From contig NC_067400.1 of NCBI RefSeq assembly GCF_016432865.1, forward strand, positions 54,374,001 to 54,438,000: a stretch of DNA of 64,000 nt, in the 5' to 3' direction. Shown piece by piece: positions 1 through 14,056 of this stretch. This stretch comes from Antechinus flavipes. Lineage: Eukaryota. The notes beneath the pieces were generated by a model. It made no database searches, had not been told where the DNA came from, and saw only the letters and a list, made by a program, of their open reading frames with translations. The translations under genes were made by a program, and so were the position numbers. How positions within the stretch are numbered: the first letter of the stretch is position 1; the number at the start of each line of letters is the position of its first letter.

Positions 1-889
1 TTTCTGTATGACTCTCCTGCAGAGGAACTTCCTGCAGATTAGTACTTTATAACCTATGATTTTAAGGAGTTACTTGGGGGCACTAAGAGATTAACGGACA
101 TGCCCAGAATTCATAGCAAATATGTGTCAAAAATGGGATTAAAAATGTTCTATTATGATATGCACACACACATATACACAAGCATACATACATTGGATTT
201 GCAGATATTATCTCTTGTGAGCCATAATTACCCACTCAACTCTGTTTTTCTTTGCCCTAAAACATTCAATTCTTTGTAAATCAGAGAACTGGAATTCTTC
301 ATAAGGGATTATTGCAGTTTACAGATGCCAAGGTAGATTTTGATCTCAAGCAAAATGCTTTTTTCTTTTAATGGACTCCAATTCCATTTCAGATTGGTTA
401 TCTATTACTTTCTTCTCTGATAAGCCATTTGAGCATTGTCCAATACATCCTTGTAATTTTCTGCACCTGAATTTTCTGATAAGAGATATATTTTCCCCAT
501 TGTCCTTCACTTGGATTTGATAATAATCAGGATTAGGAAGGGTTTTCTGACATATTTACAGAATACCATGTTTATTGAATCAAGACACTGTGAATGGCAA
601 TTTGAAGTAAATATTTTTCACAGCGTATGAAGAGATTCTTGGTTAGGGCCTTGTCTTAGGTTCAAAGCATGATTTCAAATTCTTATCAGAATAGTTCAGG
701 CAAATAAGTATTTATCTGGAATTAAATGGGTTCATAAAAGTCTTATTTCCAGGAATACATGAAGCATTAGAACATGATCAGTATGCAATAAAGTATTATT
801 AGGAAATCAAGCTTTATTATTGGATAAAACTTATACTTTGAAACTAGTGATCAACCAAACTTGAGGGTGAAAGCTAGTTCAAAATTATG

Positions 890-1340
890 TAAGAATTGTG
901 GACTACCTAAAGAAATTTCCATCAGTTGGAGAATGGATGAACAAATTATACTATGTGGCAAAGGGGTACTATTGTGCTATAAGAAATGACAAAGGGGAAA
1001 GTTTCAGAGAAATTTCAGAAGATTTATTTGAACTGAAGCAGAGTGAAGTAAGGGGAACTAGAACAACTTATATTAAAATAGCATTGTAAAAATGAAGATC
1101 AACCTCATAATTGACCATGATTCCAGAGAACCAATGACAGAGGCACCATCAACAAAATATGCAGAATGAGACTTTTTTTTTGGGGGGGGGCTGGGTCTAT
1201 TGTGGGAATTTTTTTTTTAACTGGGCTATAAAATTTGTTATAGAGTTTTGTTTTTCTTTTCTTTTCTTTTTCTCTTGAGAGGATTAGGTGAGAGGGAGAA
1301 AAAATTTATGTTTAGTTTTGTTTTTGTTTTTGTTTTTTAA
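890..1340 (+). mobile_element. Old L1 relic (ORF2 C-terminus and 3' UTR)
   Basis: Degenerate PSVGEWMNKLYY...YYCAIRND, matching the L1 ORF2 end. Confidence 0.7.
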
Positions 1341-1759
1341 ACGTAAGGATGCTACCAACAGCTTGATTGTCAAATACTTGGAAATAAGTATTATGTTTCC
1401 CCTAATTTTTACTTTCTCCAGGAAAAAAAAATCCCTAGCTCCTACCAGTGCTCCTTATATAGCAAGAACTCCAAGCCCTTCACTACTCTGCTTGCCCTCT
1501 TCTGAAAGTTCTTTGGGTGAATAAAAATGGCACCTAACATAGAACAAAGTTTCAGATACTGTCTTTTCAGAAAAGAAGACAAGATTATCATGTCTCTATA
1601 TACTCCTCGTTTAACCAATGCAATAAAAGGTCCTTATAAGAGAGATCCCAATAAATGTCTTAACTGCCATCAACTCAAAATTCCCAGATATTTTTCTTAC
1701 AAATGGCTACCTGATGCCATCTTGTATTTGTTGAGTGAATCTCTTGAACCAAAATGTTG

Positions 1760-1965
1760 TTGTTGTTCAGTTGTTTTCAACCATGTCTGACTCTTCACAT
1801 CTCCAATTATGTTTTCTTGGCAGAGATACAGGAGTGGTTTGCCATTTCCTTCTCTAACTCATTTTACAGATGAGGAAACTGAGGCAAATAGTGTCTGAGA
1901 CCTGATTTGAACTAAAGACCTCCTGAATGCACAGTTGGCACTTTATACACTATGCCATCTTGCTG
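1760..1965 (-). mobile_element. MAR1-like CORE-SINE
   Basis: Bov-B-type tail (ttcagt..gtctgactctt..ggagtggtttgccatttccttct) plus CORE (cattttacagatgaggaaactgaggc). Confidence 0.75.
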
Positions 1966-2324
1966 TCACAACCCAAGTATAAAACTTTATATTTAGTCTT
2001 ATTAAATATCACCTTTCTAGATCTAGCCTAATGTTCTAAACCTCTGATCTCTTATGTCATTCTCTTATGACACACATTGTCACACTTAATCACTACAGAG
2101 CCAGAGGCTGTCTTTATTCAAGAGAAAGTTCACATAGTGAAGGAATATGTGAAAATAACTAATAGAAAAACAAAATAAATCAATAAAATATTTTTAATAT
2201 GCCAAAAGTCCATTAGTTGGTGCCAAAGACAGATTCAATCACAAAAATCTTGGATTATGTCATGATATTATCCTGTCCTCCATATCTATGCCGGAATATG
2301 TTTCCCTTGAAATGTTTTGGGTTT

Positions 2325-2473
2325 TTGTTTTGTTTTTTGCTGAGGCAATTGGGGTTAAATGACCTGCCCACGGTCACACAGCTAGGAAGTGTTAAGTGTC
2401 TAAGGCCGGATTTGAACTACGGGTCCTCCTGACTTCAGGGCTGGTGCTCTATCCACTGTGCCACCTAGCTACC
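2325..2473 (-). mobile_element. WSINE1-like marsupial tRNA-derived SINE
   Basis: tgaggcaattggggttaa..ggtcacacagctaggaagtg..ctctatccactgtgccacctagct with a T-rich tail. Confidence 0.85.
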
Positions 2474-2714
2474 TCTGAAATGTTTTGTCATCTGATTTTA
2501 AAATACTGGAGAGGTTGGTGTGAGAAAGTTGGGGAAAATAGAAGAGGAAACTCTATAGCCTTTCTTCTATGGGCTGAAAGATATCACAGCCTAATAGCTG
2601 ACATAGTGAACCCAGAGTCAGCAAAGCTGGCTCCAAAGACTAGAAATAAATGTTCTGCTATTCACTGATTTGTATGAGTAAAAACCCTTTTAAAATTGAA
2701 CCTCACTGAGTTCA

Positions 2715-3172
2715 AAAAAGTCTGGAAAGACTAACTGTAACTGATGGTGAATGAAGTAAGGAGAACCAGGAGAACACTGTACATGGTAATAATGAGATTT
2801 TGTGATGATCAAATATGACAGATTTAGGTCTTTTTAGCAATACAGTGATCCAAGACAATTTCATTAAACTTGGGATGGAAAATGCCATCTACAAGTAGAG
2901 AGAATACTATGGAGACTGAATGCAATGGAAACATACTATTTTAACCTTTTTTTTTCTCATGATTTTTCCCTTTGTTTTGATTTTTCTTTCACAAAAATGA
3001 CTAATATGGAAATATGTTTAAAATGATATGTAGCCTATATCAGATTGCTTGCTAACTTGGGGAGGAGAGAAGAAAGGAAGGGAGGGAGAAAAAAATTAGA
3101 ACTCAAAATGTTACAAAGTGAATATTGAAAGCCATCTTTATATGTAACTGGAAAATTAAAAAAAAAAAAATA
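2715..3172 (+). mobile_element. L1 3' UTR relic
   Basis: gaaccaggagaacactgtac..gtgatgatc..purine tract..A-rich tail typical of marsupial L1. Confidence 0.75.
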
Positions 3173-3999
3173 CTAAGTGGGAGGGAAGGAAACTAAGCCT
3201 CAGTCTCTTTAATGATTAAATGGGAATAATAATATAGTCACTGCCAGCTTGCCAGGATTATGAGGAAAACCCATTGTCAATTAGAAAGGAATCTCCAGGG
3301 AGTCTCAAAAAGCACTGATGCAGTTTTGATCTCTTAAGGCTTCAAACTGCACTAAGGCTTTGGAGATACTCCGTGTAAATGTGAATTACTGTTGGTAGGG
3401 AAAAGGGAATGGCAGAGAACAGTAGATATCATTACCTAGCCAGGGCAAGGGTTGGCTGGTGTATCATGAGAGAACAGTGTGTTGTTTAATCCTCAGCTCC
3501 TGAGTCACTGGAACTGAACCCTCTGACCCTAGTTTATGTCTCTGCCTCTGGAAAAAAGTCAATTCTCTTCATCTTTCTATAGATCAAAGGTTTGTACCTT
3601 CTCAACTGCCTCTTATCTTAACCTCCTTTTATCTTGACTTTTTGCCAGGAAACCTTGAGCTGATTTGCATGGCCTGGCCCAGCTGCCATAGCCCTTCCAA
3701 GGGGGCACCTAAGGTGTGGTGGAAGAAGGATCAATAGTGTCTTGACCCTGCAAGGGTTTGGGGGCAGTGATGCATCCTGGAAGGGATAGGAAAAATGGGG
3801 GTGTGACCTGAAGCAGAAAATAGAATAAGAACAGTTCATAATTATAAATATTTAAATTTTTGCAAAGCACTTCATACACATTATCTCAGATAAATTTCAC
3901 AAAAAATTCTATGAAGCAGGTTCCACATACAGCATCCCAAAAGTCTTAATACAGTTTTAAGCTTTTATAATAATTGGATATTAAAATATATCATATATT

Positions 4000-4680
4000 A
4001 AAGAAGGGAAAGGGACCCGTATGTGCAAAAATGTTTATGGCAGATCTTTCGTAGTGGCTAGAAACTGGAAAATGAATGGATGCCCATCAATTGGAGAATG
4101 GCTGAATAAATTGTGGTATATGAATGATATGGAATATTATTGCTCTGTAAGAAATGATCAGCAGGATGAATACAGAGAGGCTTGGGGAGACTTACATTAA
4201 CTGATGCTGAGTGAAATGAGTAGAACCAGGAGATCATTATATATTTCAACAACAATACTATATGAGGATCAATTCTGACGGAAATGGCTATCTTCAACAA
4301 TGAAAGGATCCAAATCAATTTCAATTGATCAGTAATGAACAGAACCAGATATACGCAGCAAAAGAACTCTGGGAAATGAGTGCGGATCACAACACAGCAT
4401 TTACACTCTTTCTATTATTATTTGCTTGCATTTTTGTTTTTCTTCCTAGGTTATTTTTATCTTCTTTCTAAATCCAATTTTTCTTGTGTAGCAAGACAAT
4501 TGTATAAATATGTACACAAATTTTGTATTTAACATAAACTTTAACACATGTATGGGACTACCTGCCATCTAGGGGAGGGGATGGAGGGAAGGAGAAAAAA
4601 AGTTGGAACAGAAGTTTTTGTAAGGGTCAATGTTGAAAAATTACCCACGCATGTGTTTTGTCAATAAAAAACTATAACAA
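4000..4680 (+). mobile_element. 5'-truncated L1 (ORF2 end and 3' UTR)
   Basis: gtagtggctagaaactggaaaatgaatggatgcccatcaattggagaatggctgaataaattgtgg; AATAAA near the 3' end. Confidence 0.9.
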
Positions 4681-4696
4681 TTTTTAATATATATAT

Positions 4697-5377
4697 ATTT
4701 TTTTTCATTTTTAATAGCTTTTAATTCACAAGTTATATGTATGGGTAATTTTACAGCATTGACAATTGTCGAACCTTTTGTTCCAATTTTTCCCCTCCTT
4801 CCCCTCACCCCCTCCCCTAGATGGCAGGATGACTAGATGTTAAATATATTAAAGTATCAATTAGATACACAATAAGTATAGATGACCAAACCGTTATTTT
4901 GCTGTACAAAAAGAATCAGACTCTGAAATATTGTACAATTAGCCTGTGAAGGAAATCAGAAATGCAGGCAGGCGAAAATATAGGGATTGGGAATTCTATG
5001 TAGTGGTTCATAGTCATCTCCCAGAGTTCTTTCACTGGGCGTAGCTGGTTCAGTTCATTACTGCTCTATTGGAACTGATTTGGTTCATCTCATTGCTGAG
5101 GATGGCCAGGTCCATCGGAATTGATCATCATATAGTATTGTTGTTGAAGTATATAATGATCTCCTGGCCCTACTCATTTCACTCAGCATCAGTTCGTGTA
5201 AGTCTCTCCAGGCCTTTCTGAAATCGTCCTATTGGTCATTTGTTACCAAATAATAATATTCCATAATATTCATATACCACAATTTATTCAGCCATTTTCC
5301 AATTGATGGGCATCCACTCAGTTTCCAGTTTCTGGCCACTACAAAGAGGGCTGCCACAAACATTCGTGCACATACAG
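4697..5377 (-). mobile_element. 5'-truncated L1 (ORF2 end and 3' UTR), tail-to-tail with the previous element
   Basis: ORF 5229..5441 carries CARMFVAALFVVARNWKLSGCPSIGKWLNKLWYMNIME; poly-T at the left end. Confidence 0.9.
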
Positions 5378-6649
5378 TATAACAATTTTTTTTAAAAGAA
5401 AGTAAATATATAATAACATAAAGCAGTGTTACATGTTGCAATGTGATGTGATAGAATGTTATTTTACATTATGTTACACAGTCAATCTTCAACATTCTCA
5501 TGTTTAACTTGCAACTTCAAGCATTCATATGATTTTGTTAGTAACTTTGTTTCACTTTCATGTTGGCAATCTCACTCATTCTTGGATAGTAAAGAAAAAA
5601 TGACAGGCTGAATATGTTCAAATTTGTGGAGTGGCTAGTGTCCTTCTAGACAATCAGCAGCTGGCTATAGCCATCGAGGCTGCCAATTCCATTATCATCG
5701 TAGCCTCGAGGCTACTTGTCAACTCACCTCTGCTGTGCTCTCAATATTCTGAGATCTTTAAGAGTCTCAAATGTACATGAGCAGACATTACTGATGGATT
5801 ATATCAAGCTGGTGCATCCTTCATGACTTCCAAGGTCATACACCTGAAGAAGAGAGTGTTAGAGATCACCTCCAAAGTTCAGACCTTACCTTTCACTGGA
5901 TAGCAGTGATAAAGACAGCAACCTCTCTCTTGGTTTTCAGAGGATGACCAAAGTTGAGAGGTCTACAGCAGTATAGCATACAGTAAGACACCCTCACATC
6001 GCCAATTGACACTGCAAAAGATAAGATTCAGATTCAAAATTATTTTAGTTTTAAGAATTTTATTTGCTATATATTACTTATGATACTGTAGATTTCATAT
6101 GTTATTTTTTTTAAAAAGTGACTTGTCTGAAATCAATGTATTGGGGTTTTTTTGTTTTTTGTTTTTTGTTTTATTTTTATTTTTTGAGTTGTTAGCACAA
6201 AAGGTCTCAGGATTTGAGGGAATTGCTGGTATTAAAAATATTTTGCATGTTATCAATTTTATTTTGTGTACTGCATTTTATTGGTTATTTCATAGTTACT
6301 GTATTAGGAAAAGTACACATTATCAAAATCAATATCTTGTTATAAAGAATTATTTGCAGGAAAGTGTATTTTGAACAATTTCCAGTGAAAGATTATGGTT
6401 TTTAGTGGTTGCAAAAACCTAATCCTTTATTTCCCATTAGTTCAATGTACCAACTTTGATCTATTTTTACTTCTGAGTCATTTTCTGGGAACAATACCCC
6501 TGTGAAGGTTGAGGGTTGAGTGTGTTATATTAAATAATGTTATATAATTATATTATAATCGCTTTAAAAACTTTAAAGTATGTTAATATTTTTGAGACAT
6601 TCTATATCCATATTTATATCTACTAGATATACATACTGATAATAATGAT

Positions 6650-6965
6650 AAGGAAAGTTCCTCTCTGGGAAACATACATACAATTGTTTTATGTATAAAT
6701 ATATGTGTATACAAATATACCTATATATGTATGTACATATACATATGTACACATATATCTAGATATATATATGTGTGTGTGTGTAGGCTGGCCTAGAAAT
6801 TTCATTGCTTTAAGATATTAATATAGAACTAGTAATATTGGTAAAGGAAGTTCCTCTCCAGGAGGCATATATGCAAATATTATGCATATAAATATGTGTA
6901 TACATATATATCTATGCATATGTGTGTATGTGGACCAGCCTAAAATTTTCATTGCTTTAGGACTT
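6650..6965. repeat. Two diverged tandem copies of an approximately 130-190 bp unit containing (TA/CA)n sequence
   Basis: ggaa(a)gttcctctc...aaat(t)ttcattgcttta occurs at about 6652-6812 and about 6846-6959. Confidence 0.7.
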
Positions 6966-7084
6966 TCAGTGAAGAGCTTCCCATTCCAGTGTGTGTATCA
7001 CCAGCTATTCTGAAACTTATGATCTTTGAGAATTACTTGGGATACTGAGAAGTAATAGAAATATTCAGCCAGAATCACACATCC

Positions 7085-7230
7085 TGCATAAGTCCCCCTT
7101 TTACAAATGAGAAAATTGAAGATCAGATGGTTAGGGGATCTGCCCATGATCAGTCAGTGGTTAAGAGTCACAGGTGGTATCTGAACCAGGTCACCTTGAA
7201 TGTTAAATCCAGCTTTCTATCCACTAGTTC
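7085..7230 (-). mobile_element. MIR relic
   Basis: ccttttacaaatgagaaaattgaag..aaatccagctttctatccact. Confidence 0.6.
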
Positions 7231-7261
7231 CCAATGCCTCTCAAGGATAATGAGTATTTTT

Positions 7262-7495
7262 TTAGTCATTTTTCAGTCACGCCTGATTCTTTGTGGCCCC
7301 ATTCAGGATTGTCTTGCTAAAGATACTAAAGTGGTTTGCATTTCCTTCTCTAGCTCATTTTACAGATGAGGAACTGAGACAAACAGGGTTAAATGACTTG
7401 CCCAGAGTATCTGAGGCCAGATTTGAAATCAGGAGAGGAATTTTCCTGACTCCAGCCCTGATACTCTGTGCACTATGGCTCCACCTAGCTACCCT
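7262..7495 (-). mobile_element. MAR1-like SINE
   Basis: Bov-B-type tail plus CORE plus tRNA-like head (ccacctagctaccc). Confidence 0.75.
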
Positions 7496-7751
7496 ATAGC
7501 GAGTATATATCAGATTTATTATAAAACCTTTCCCTTACTTTATGCAGATCCCTATGTTCTGGACAATAGGCTTGTCCTGATGTAAAGTCGGTCTTGTGAC
7601 CTGACATCGGCTAAAGATTACAAAGTTGTCATAGGACAGCTGTCATGAAAGCACTGTCTTGTGGCATTCTATGGAATATAATAACAATTATTATTATAAA
7701 TAACATTCCTATGGTACTTGAAAATTTGCCAAGTATTTTATATTTGATTGG

Positions 7752-7970
7752 GTGATGCAGTGAGCTGAAAGTTGGATTTAGAGTGAAGGAGTCTTGAGTT
7801 TAAATTTAGCCTCACACACTTACTAGCACTGTCTCCCTCAGTTTCCTCATCTGTAAAATGAAAATAATAGTAGGACCTACCTCCCATGGTTCTTGTGAGG
7901 ATCAAATGAGAAAACTTTTGTACCAAACTTTGCAAACCTTAAAGTACTATGTAAATATGAACTATTATTA
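7752..7970 (+). mobile_element. MIR relic
   Basis: ctcagtttcctcatctgtaaaatg..cctacctcccatggttcttgtgaggatcaaatgag. Confidence 0.8.
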
Positions 7971-9809
7971 CCACCTTATTTGAGCCCCTAGAAACCCTAT
8001 GAGATATTATTTCCATTTTACAGATAATAAAATTGAGATTCAGAAAGGTTATATGAATTACCTGTGATCACATAGCTAGTAAATTTCAGAAGCAGGAAGT
8101 GGAAGATCTGGCGCATCATATGATGAGGTCCCTCCAATGCAAATGTCTGTCATGCTTTTTCACGTCTCACATGAGTATTTTATATTTTTGGCATGTGACT
8201 GTCCCTTTTCTGTTTATCCAAGACTTCAAGAATTCAAACAACATATTCCCATTTCTCTTTCATTACCACACCCCTCTTTGTCATTCACAACAGAAACAGG
8301 ATATTCTGATTGGCTTCTATTTCTTCTTGATAAAAATTAGAATACCTGAAAATAAATGAAATAGAAGGTCTTTGATTGCTCATGTTTTCCATCCTTTAAC
8401 ATCTAAGTATTACTTAATTTCTCTCAAAGAAATGAGGTCCACATTTTAAAAGTCTACAAAAAAAAAGTTTCATATTTTCATTTTGATGAGTGAACAAGAT
8501 TCACACAGTCAGAAAAATCTTCCTTAAATTTAACTTTTCATCGATTTTGCAGGTTAAACTTATTTCTGTTTGTTCTTTCCTCAATGGAGACAGATGCAAT
8601 GTTTACTGTCTGTGAACGATAATACTTATGATGTTCAAAGATAATTATTGTCACCTGACAAAGCTCTTTTCTCTTCATTGTGTATTTTAACAACACATCC
8701 TTTCTGAGATCTTGTTTCTTACCCTTTAATCATCTTAATGGCTCTCTAGTAAAATCTCTACAAGCTTCTCATATCTTTTTTCAGCTCTCTTTTGTGGCAG
8801 CCTTTAAGCAAAGGATACCCAGATCATGAAAATGTATGATCAGAAAAGAAAGTGAAACAAGTAGATGGGCAGACTGAGAGTACCTTTGAGATACCAAAAA
8901 ATCTAGAGCCCAACTTTTTAAAACTGTAGTTCTCTACCTGAAAGAGGGCCTTATAACTCAATGTGAGGGTCACAAAGTTGTCACATCAGTCACATCAGTA
9001 AATGTTTAATTTATAAACCTATTTTATATATTTATATACTTGGGGTCACATAGTTTAAGAAGCTCTGATCTACAGGAAGATAAGCATCATAGTCTATATC
9101 CTCCATGAAATATCTATGGGAGAACATTCAAAATCACACAAGAAAGAAAGGCTTAAAGGAAGTGTAATTTATACTGTGGAGGGAGTACTCACCTTAATAA
9201 GAGGCTGGAATTGTTGAAATTGGGAAGGGACCCAAAATATTGGGGTCACAGACCAGTATTGTGATGTGTCTCAAAAGAATTTTCAGTCTTGAACCCATTT
9301 CCAAGTTAAGGGGCAAAGTTGATTGTAATTGTTATGTCAACTGAAGCAATCTAAATTCCAAGAGAATTTAGCAAAGAAAGAGAATCAAGGAGACGAATTT
9401 ATCTAGTTTTTCATGTTATAGATGTGCTAATTTTATGGCCTAGAGGTAGACCAAGGTTGGAAGTGGGGGATCTCAGGATCAGATTCCAAAGTCAGAGTAC
9501 TTTAGACTCCCTGACAGATTATCAGAATAGAAGCCCCCAAAGGTCAAAGAACCTTAAAATTATTGCTGTCTCCCCTAGAAGCTATATATCAGAACCATTG
9601 GACAGTTTTTATTAAAAAAAAAAATCTTGATAATGCTAAATCTAATGGAAAGGATTTGGCCCAGAATGGAAAGTCTAAATGTGATCATGCTTCAGGGTCT
9701 CAAAAAGAAGAGAATTTATGAAGGAAGAAGTCATAGCAAGGAATTCCAAAATTGAGTCACATAGCTAGTAAGTTTGAGAAAGATTTGGATCTGAGTCTTT
9801 CTTTTTTTT

Positions 9810-10170
9810 TTCTTAACAGTATTTTATTTTTCCAAGTACATGTAAAGATAGTTTTGTTGTTGTTGTTGTTTTTGCTGAGGCAATTGGGGTTAAGTGATTT
9901 GCCCAGGGTCACACAGCCAGTAAGTGTTAAGTGTCTGAGATCATATTTGAACTCAGGTCCTCCTGAATTCAGGGCTGGTGTTTCTATCTACAGTGTCACT
10001 TAGCTGCCCTAAAGAGAGTTTTCAACATGTATTTTTGTAAGATTTTGAATTCCAATTTTTTTTCTCCCTCCCTTTCTTCCCCCTTTTCCAAGACAGCGAG
10101 CAATCTGACATAGGTTAGAAATATACAATAATTTTAAACAAATTTTCATATTTGTCATGTTGCAAAAGAA
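9810..10170 (-). mobile_element. L1 3' end relic interrupted by a WSINE1-like SINE (9856..10009)
   Basis: The SINE is flanked by the approximately 13 bp duplication TAAAGA(T/G)AGTTTT. Confidence 0.75.
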
Positions 10171-10439
10171 ATCAAGGTCTTTCTATCATCATTTATCATT
10201 AAGGGTTAATTAAGCACCTACTATGCACTAGACTCAACACTCTAAGCATTATACTAGGCTTTCACTATATAGTAGAGTTTGTTGCCAGGAAAAAACTGCC
10301 CTGGTTTTCAGAGAAGAGGCAAATTAGGCCCTTTCCTGAAAATTCCAGATCAATATTCAGGAATAATTCTAACATGTCAAGGCTAAATAAAAGAAGAGAG
10401 AAGAGAACAAGAGGAGATAGGAAAACATGCAAAAAGGTT

Positions 10440-11075
10440 TGTAGCAATTCTTTTTATGATAGCTACTCATTAGTTGGGAAATGAATGAATGCCCATTAAT
10501 TGAGAAATGGCTGAATAAGTTATGGTATATGACTGTAATGGAATACTATTGTTCTATGAGAAATGATGAACAGGCTGATTTCAGAAAATGATGAACTGAT
10601 GCTGAGTGAAGTGAGCAGAACCAGGAGAACATCGTACACAGCAGCAGCAAAATTGTGTAATGATCAGCAATGATAGACTCAATTTTTCTCAGCAATTCAG
10701 TGATCCAAGGTAATTCCAATAAATCTTAGATGGAAAATGCTATCCACACCAGAGAAAAAACTATGAAGACTGAATACAGATCAAAGCATATTATTTTCAC
10801 CTTTTTTTCTTTTCTTTTATCTTTTTCTTTCTATCAGTTTTACCCTTCTGTTCTGATTTTTCTTTCCTAACATGATTCAAATGGAAATATTTTAAAAATG
10901 AATTTATATATATAACCTATATCAGATTGCTTGCTAGTATGGGGGAGAAAGGTGATAAGGGAGAGAGGGAGAAAAAAATTCTGCAACTCAAACTCTTACA
11001 AAAAATGAATGTTGAAAACCATCTTTACATGTAATTGGAAAGATAATATACTATTAAAATATTTTTAAAAGAAAA
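10440..11075 (+). mobile_element. Old L1 3' relic
   Basis: aatggctgaataagttatggtatatg..gaactgatgctgagtgaagtgagcagaaccagg. Confidence 0.85.
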
Positions 11076-11599
11076 GATAGGAAAAAAACAATAATCCAAC
11101 CGAAAAATTAGTGACATTTTTGTATTTCATCTTCTATTATGCTCCCCACTTTGTACTGAAAACTGACATTGCTAACTCAAGAGTAGTTTGCTAAGTACAA
11201 ACTAATTGTAAAAATTGGGCTAGTTCTCCAAGCTCAACCTCACAGAACCTAGTTATAAATAGTATAGACGTGCTATCTTTCTGAATTTTCATCTCTTTTC
11301 AAATGATTCATATACCTAATTCCACTTCAGCCCAATTCACTCAGTACTTGTGCATTGCATTGTGGTTTTTAGTCACCTTCCCTCCACTTTATTGCAAACA
11401 AGCTGCCCTGTATTCTCCAACTTCTAAAACAGAATTGGTTCTGTCTCCTAGATTTAAATATAGCATCCTTTTTTATCTCACTGCCTTCTGCAACTCCCAC
11501 TCCTTGCCAGCACAGCCTAGCATAGTCCCATGGCCACACACACAGGTGGAGGAAGTAGGAGGAATTTAGGAGCAAGGTCAGCTTAAAACCTGCATTTCC

Positions 11600-12525
11600 A
11601 ACTTGTTTGCAAAACAGATGTCCCAGCAAATCTTCACGTTCAGAATGTCTAAGCCTGAACTCACTATGCTTTCTCTAAACTTGTTCTTTCTCTTAAATTC
11701 ACTAATTCCATCTGTGGCTTCTTCATCTCAACAACTAACTTCCAACCTAAGGTTCTTTTTTCCATCATGCCTCCATTCTCTTTTCTCAGCTTAACTTTTC
11801 CATTTTTAATATAGTATCCTGACTATTTCTATTTCTGCCTTCATAATGTTGCTTACACTCATCCTCTCTCCTCTGCTTAACTTTTCTATTTCTAATATAG
11901 TATCCTGTCTGGTCTTCCTATTTCTACTTTCTCCTCTAACAATTATCCTTTCCTCTGGAGCTTGAATAAGATTCTTTATGCAAAAATATGTCCAGATCAC
12001 TCCTCTTCTCTAAAATCTTCCTTGACTTCCCATTGCCTACTGAGAAAAGTTCCAATTCTTTTTCCTGGCATTCAAGTCCCTCCAAAACTTATTTCCTATT
12101 ACTTTCTTGTACTCAGTCTGTTCCTTAACTAAATCAGACAGTTTACTGTATTCTCTTCCTCCATGCTTTTGTTCAGTTTGCTCCCCAGCCATGGGATTTT
12201 TCTCCATCCCCATCTTTACCCACTGAACCCCCTCCCACTCTTTAAAGCTCAACTCACAAATCCTCCCTCCTACCCATCCCCTTAGAAAGTCTCCCTTGAT
12301 TCTCCTGTTGTTACTGATCTTGTACTTCACATCCCATAATTTGTTCTCTGATGCTCTAACACACTCATCACACAATATTGTTTATTTTAATCGTGTTATG
12401 GCCTCCTTCACCTTTTATTAAAATTTTAAATCCTTGAGGGCAGAGACAGACTGTGTGTTATCCAAATGTATCTTCCTTAGCACCTAGGACAGCACTCTGC
12501 ATACAAGAGACACTTAATAAATATC
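11600..12525 (+). mobile_element. L2 LINE relic
   Basis: Pyrimidine-rich L2-type body ending in the L2 3' end (ccttgagggcagagac..cacttaataaata). Confidence 0.65.
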
Positions 12526-13304
12526 CATAGATACATTGAGTTATATCATCCCTGGAATTAAGATTATTTTCATACTTTGCTGTTCATTATCAAACTTACA
12601 ATCTATTTTTCATCTTCCTCCTCTCCTCTTTCCTCTACTATGCATTGCTGAACATCATTCTTCCCGAACTTTCTGATCAGTTTATCTAGATTAATATTAG
12701 CTTCCTGCTTCCTGTAGCTGGTCATTGGAGCATTATCTTCTCTGAGAATCCGATGAGCTTATTCTCCTTTACAACTCACAGCTGCTGATGAGAGCTTTGA
12801 TGAGAGCTGGTGAGAGTCCAAACACTACAAAAAGCATTTGCTTTATTTTGCCCACCTTGACATCTCTTCATCAATAATTCATCTGTGGCTAAGAGCCTCC
12901 AACTATTAAGGTGCCCAGCCTTCAGTCTCAGTGATTTGGATTAATGCTTGGAAATTTCTCCACATTGTTTTCATGCCCCCAGAGCACAACCTTGGCTCAT
13001 GGTTGGTACTGGGCCAACCCATGATGGTATAAATACATTTGGCATACTTTCTATTACCACCCTTTGTTTGAAACAGCTAACAAGATGCCTTGGAAGACCT
13101 AGAACCCAGTGAAAACCATGTGCTTATGGTTTTTGAAGAATATCACCCAGAACTGAATCTATAGACTTACTTATTAAAGCAATACATTTCCCCCTTTCTC
13201 TTCAACTTAATACACTATTGTTCTACCCTAAGTAGATTTTCCTTGAGAAGATAACAAGATTTGGTTGAAAAGGCATTGGATTTGGAATAAAGGGACCTGT
13301 GTTT

Positions 13305-13329
13305 TTTTTTGTTGTTGTTATTGTTGTTG

Positions 13330-13360
<31 letters not shown>

Positions 13361-13820
13361 TTATAGCTTTTTATTTACAAGTTATATGCATGGGTAATTT
13401 TACAGCATTGACAATTACCAAAACTTTTGTTCCAATTTTTCCCCTCCTTCCCCCCACCCCCTCCCCCTGATGGCAGGATGACCAGTACATGTTAAATATA
13501 TTAAAGTATAAATGAAATACAAAATAAGTTTACATGTCCAAACCATTATTTTGCTGTACAAAAAGAATCAGATTCTGAAATATTGTACAATTAGCCTGTG
13601 AAGGGAATAAAAAAAAATGCAGGCAGGCAAAAATATAGGGATTGGGAATTCAATATAATGGTTTTAGTCATCTCCCAGAATTCTTTCGCTGGGTGTAGAT
13701 GATTCAGTTCATTACTGTTCCAATGGAACTGATGTGGTTCATCTCATTGCTGAGGATGGCCAGGTCCATTAGAATTGATCATCATATAGTATTGTTGTTG
13801 AAGTATATAATGATCTCCTG
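13305..13820 (-). mobile_element. 5'-truncated L1 inserted in a MIR
   Basis: L1 3' UTR with a (TTG)n/(TTTTG)n tail; CTGTGTTTT occurs on both sides. Confidence 0.85.
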
Positions 13821-14056
13821 AGGAGCTGTGTTTTAATACCAGATCTGACATTTTCTACTTATGTGATATCGATTTAGTTATTTAAGCTTTTCGGGGCCCA
13901 ATTTTCTCACTTGGAAAATGGAAACAATGAACTTGGAATTCTTGAGTTTAAATTCTGCCTTAAAATGTAAACACTTACAGACAGTGTGACCCTGGATAAG
14001 TCACTTTATTGCTGAGACTGTTTCCATATCTCTAAAATAAAGGTGTTGAACTCAAT

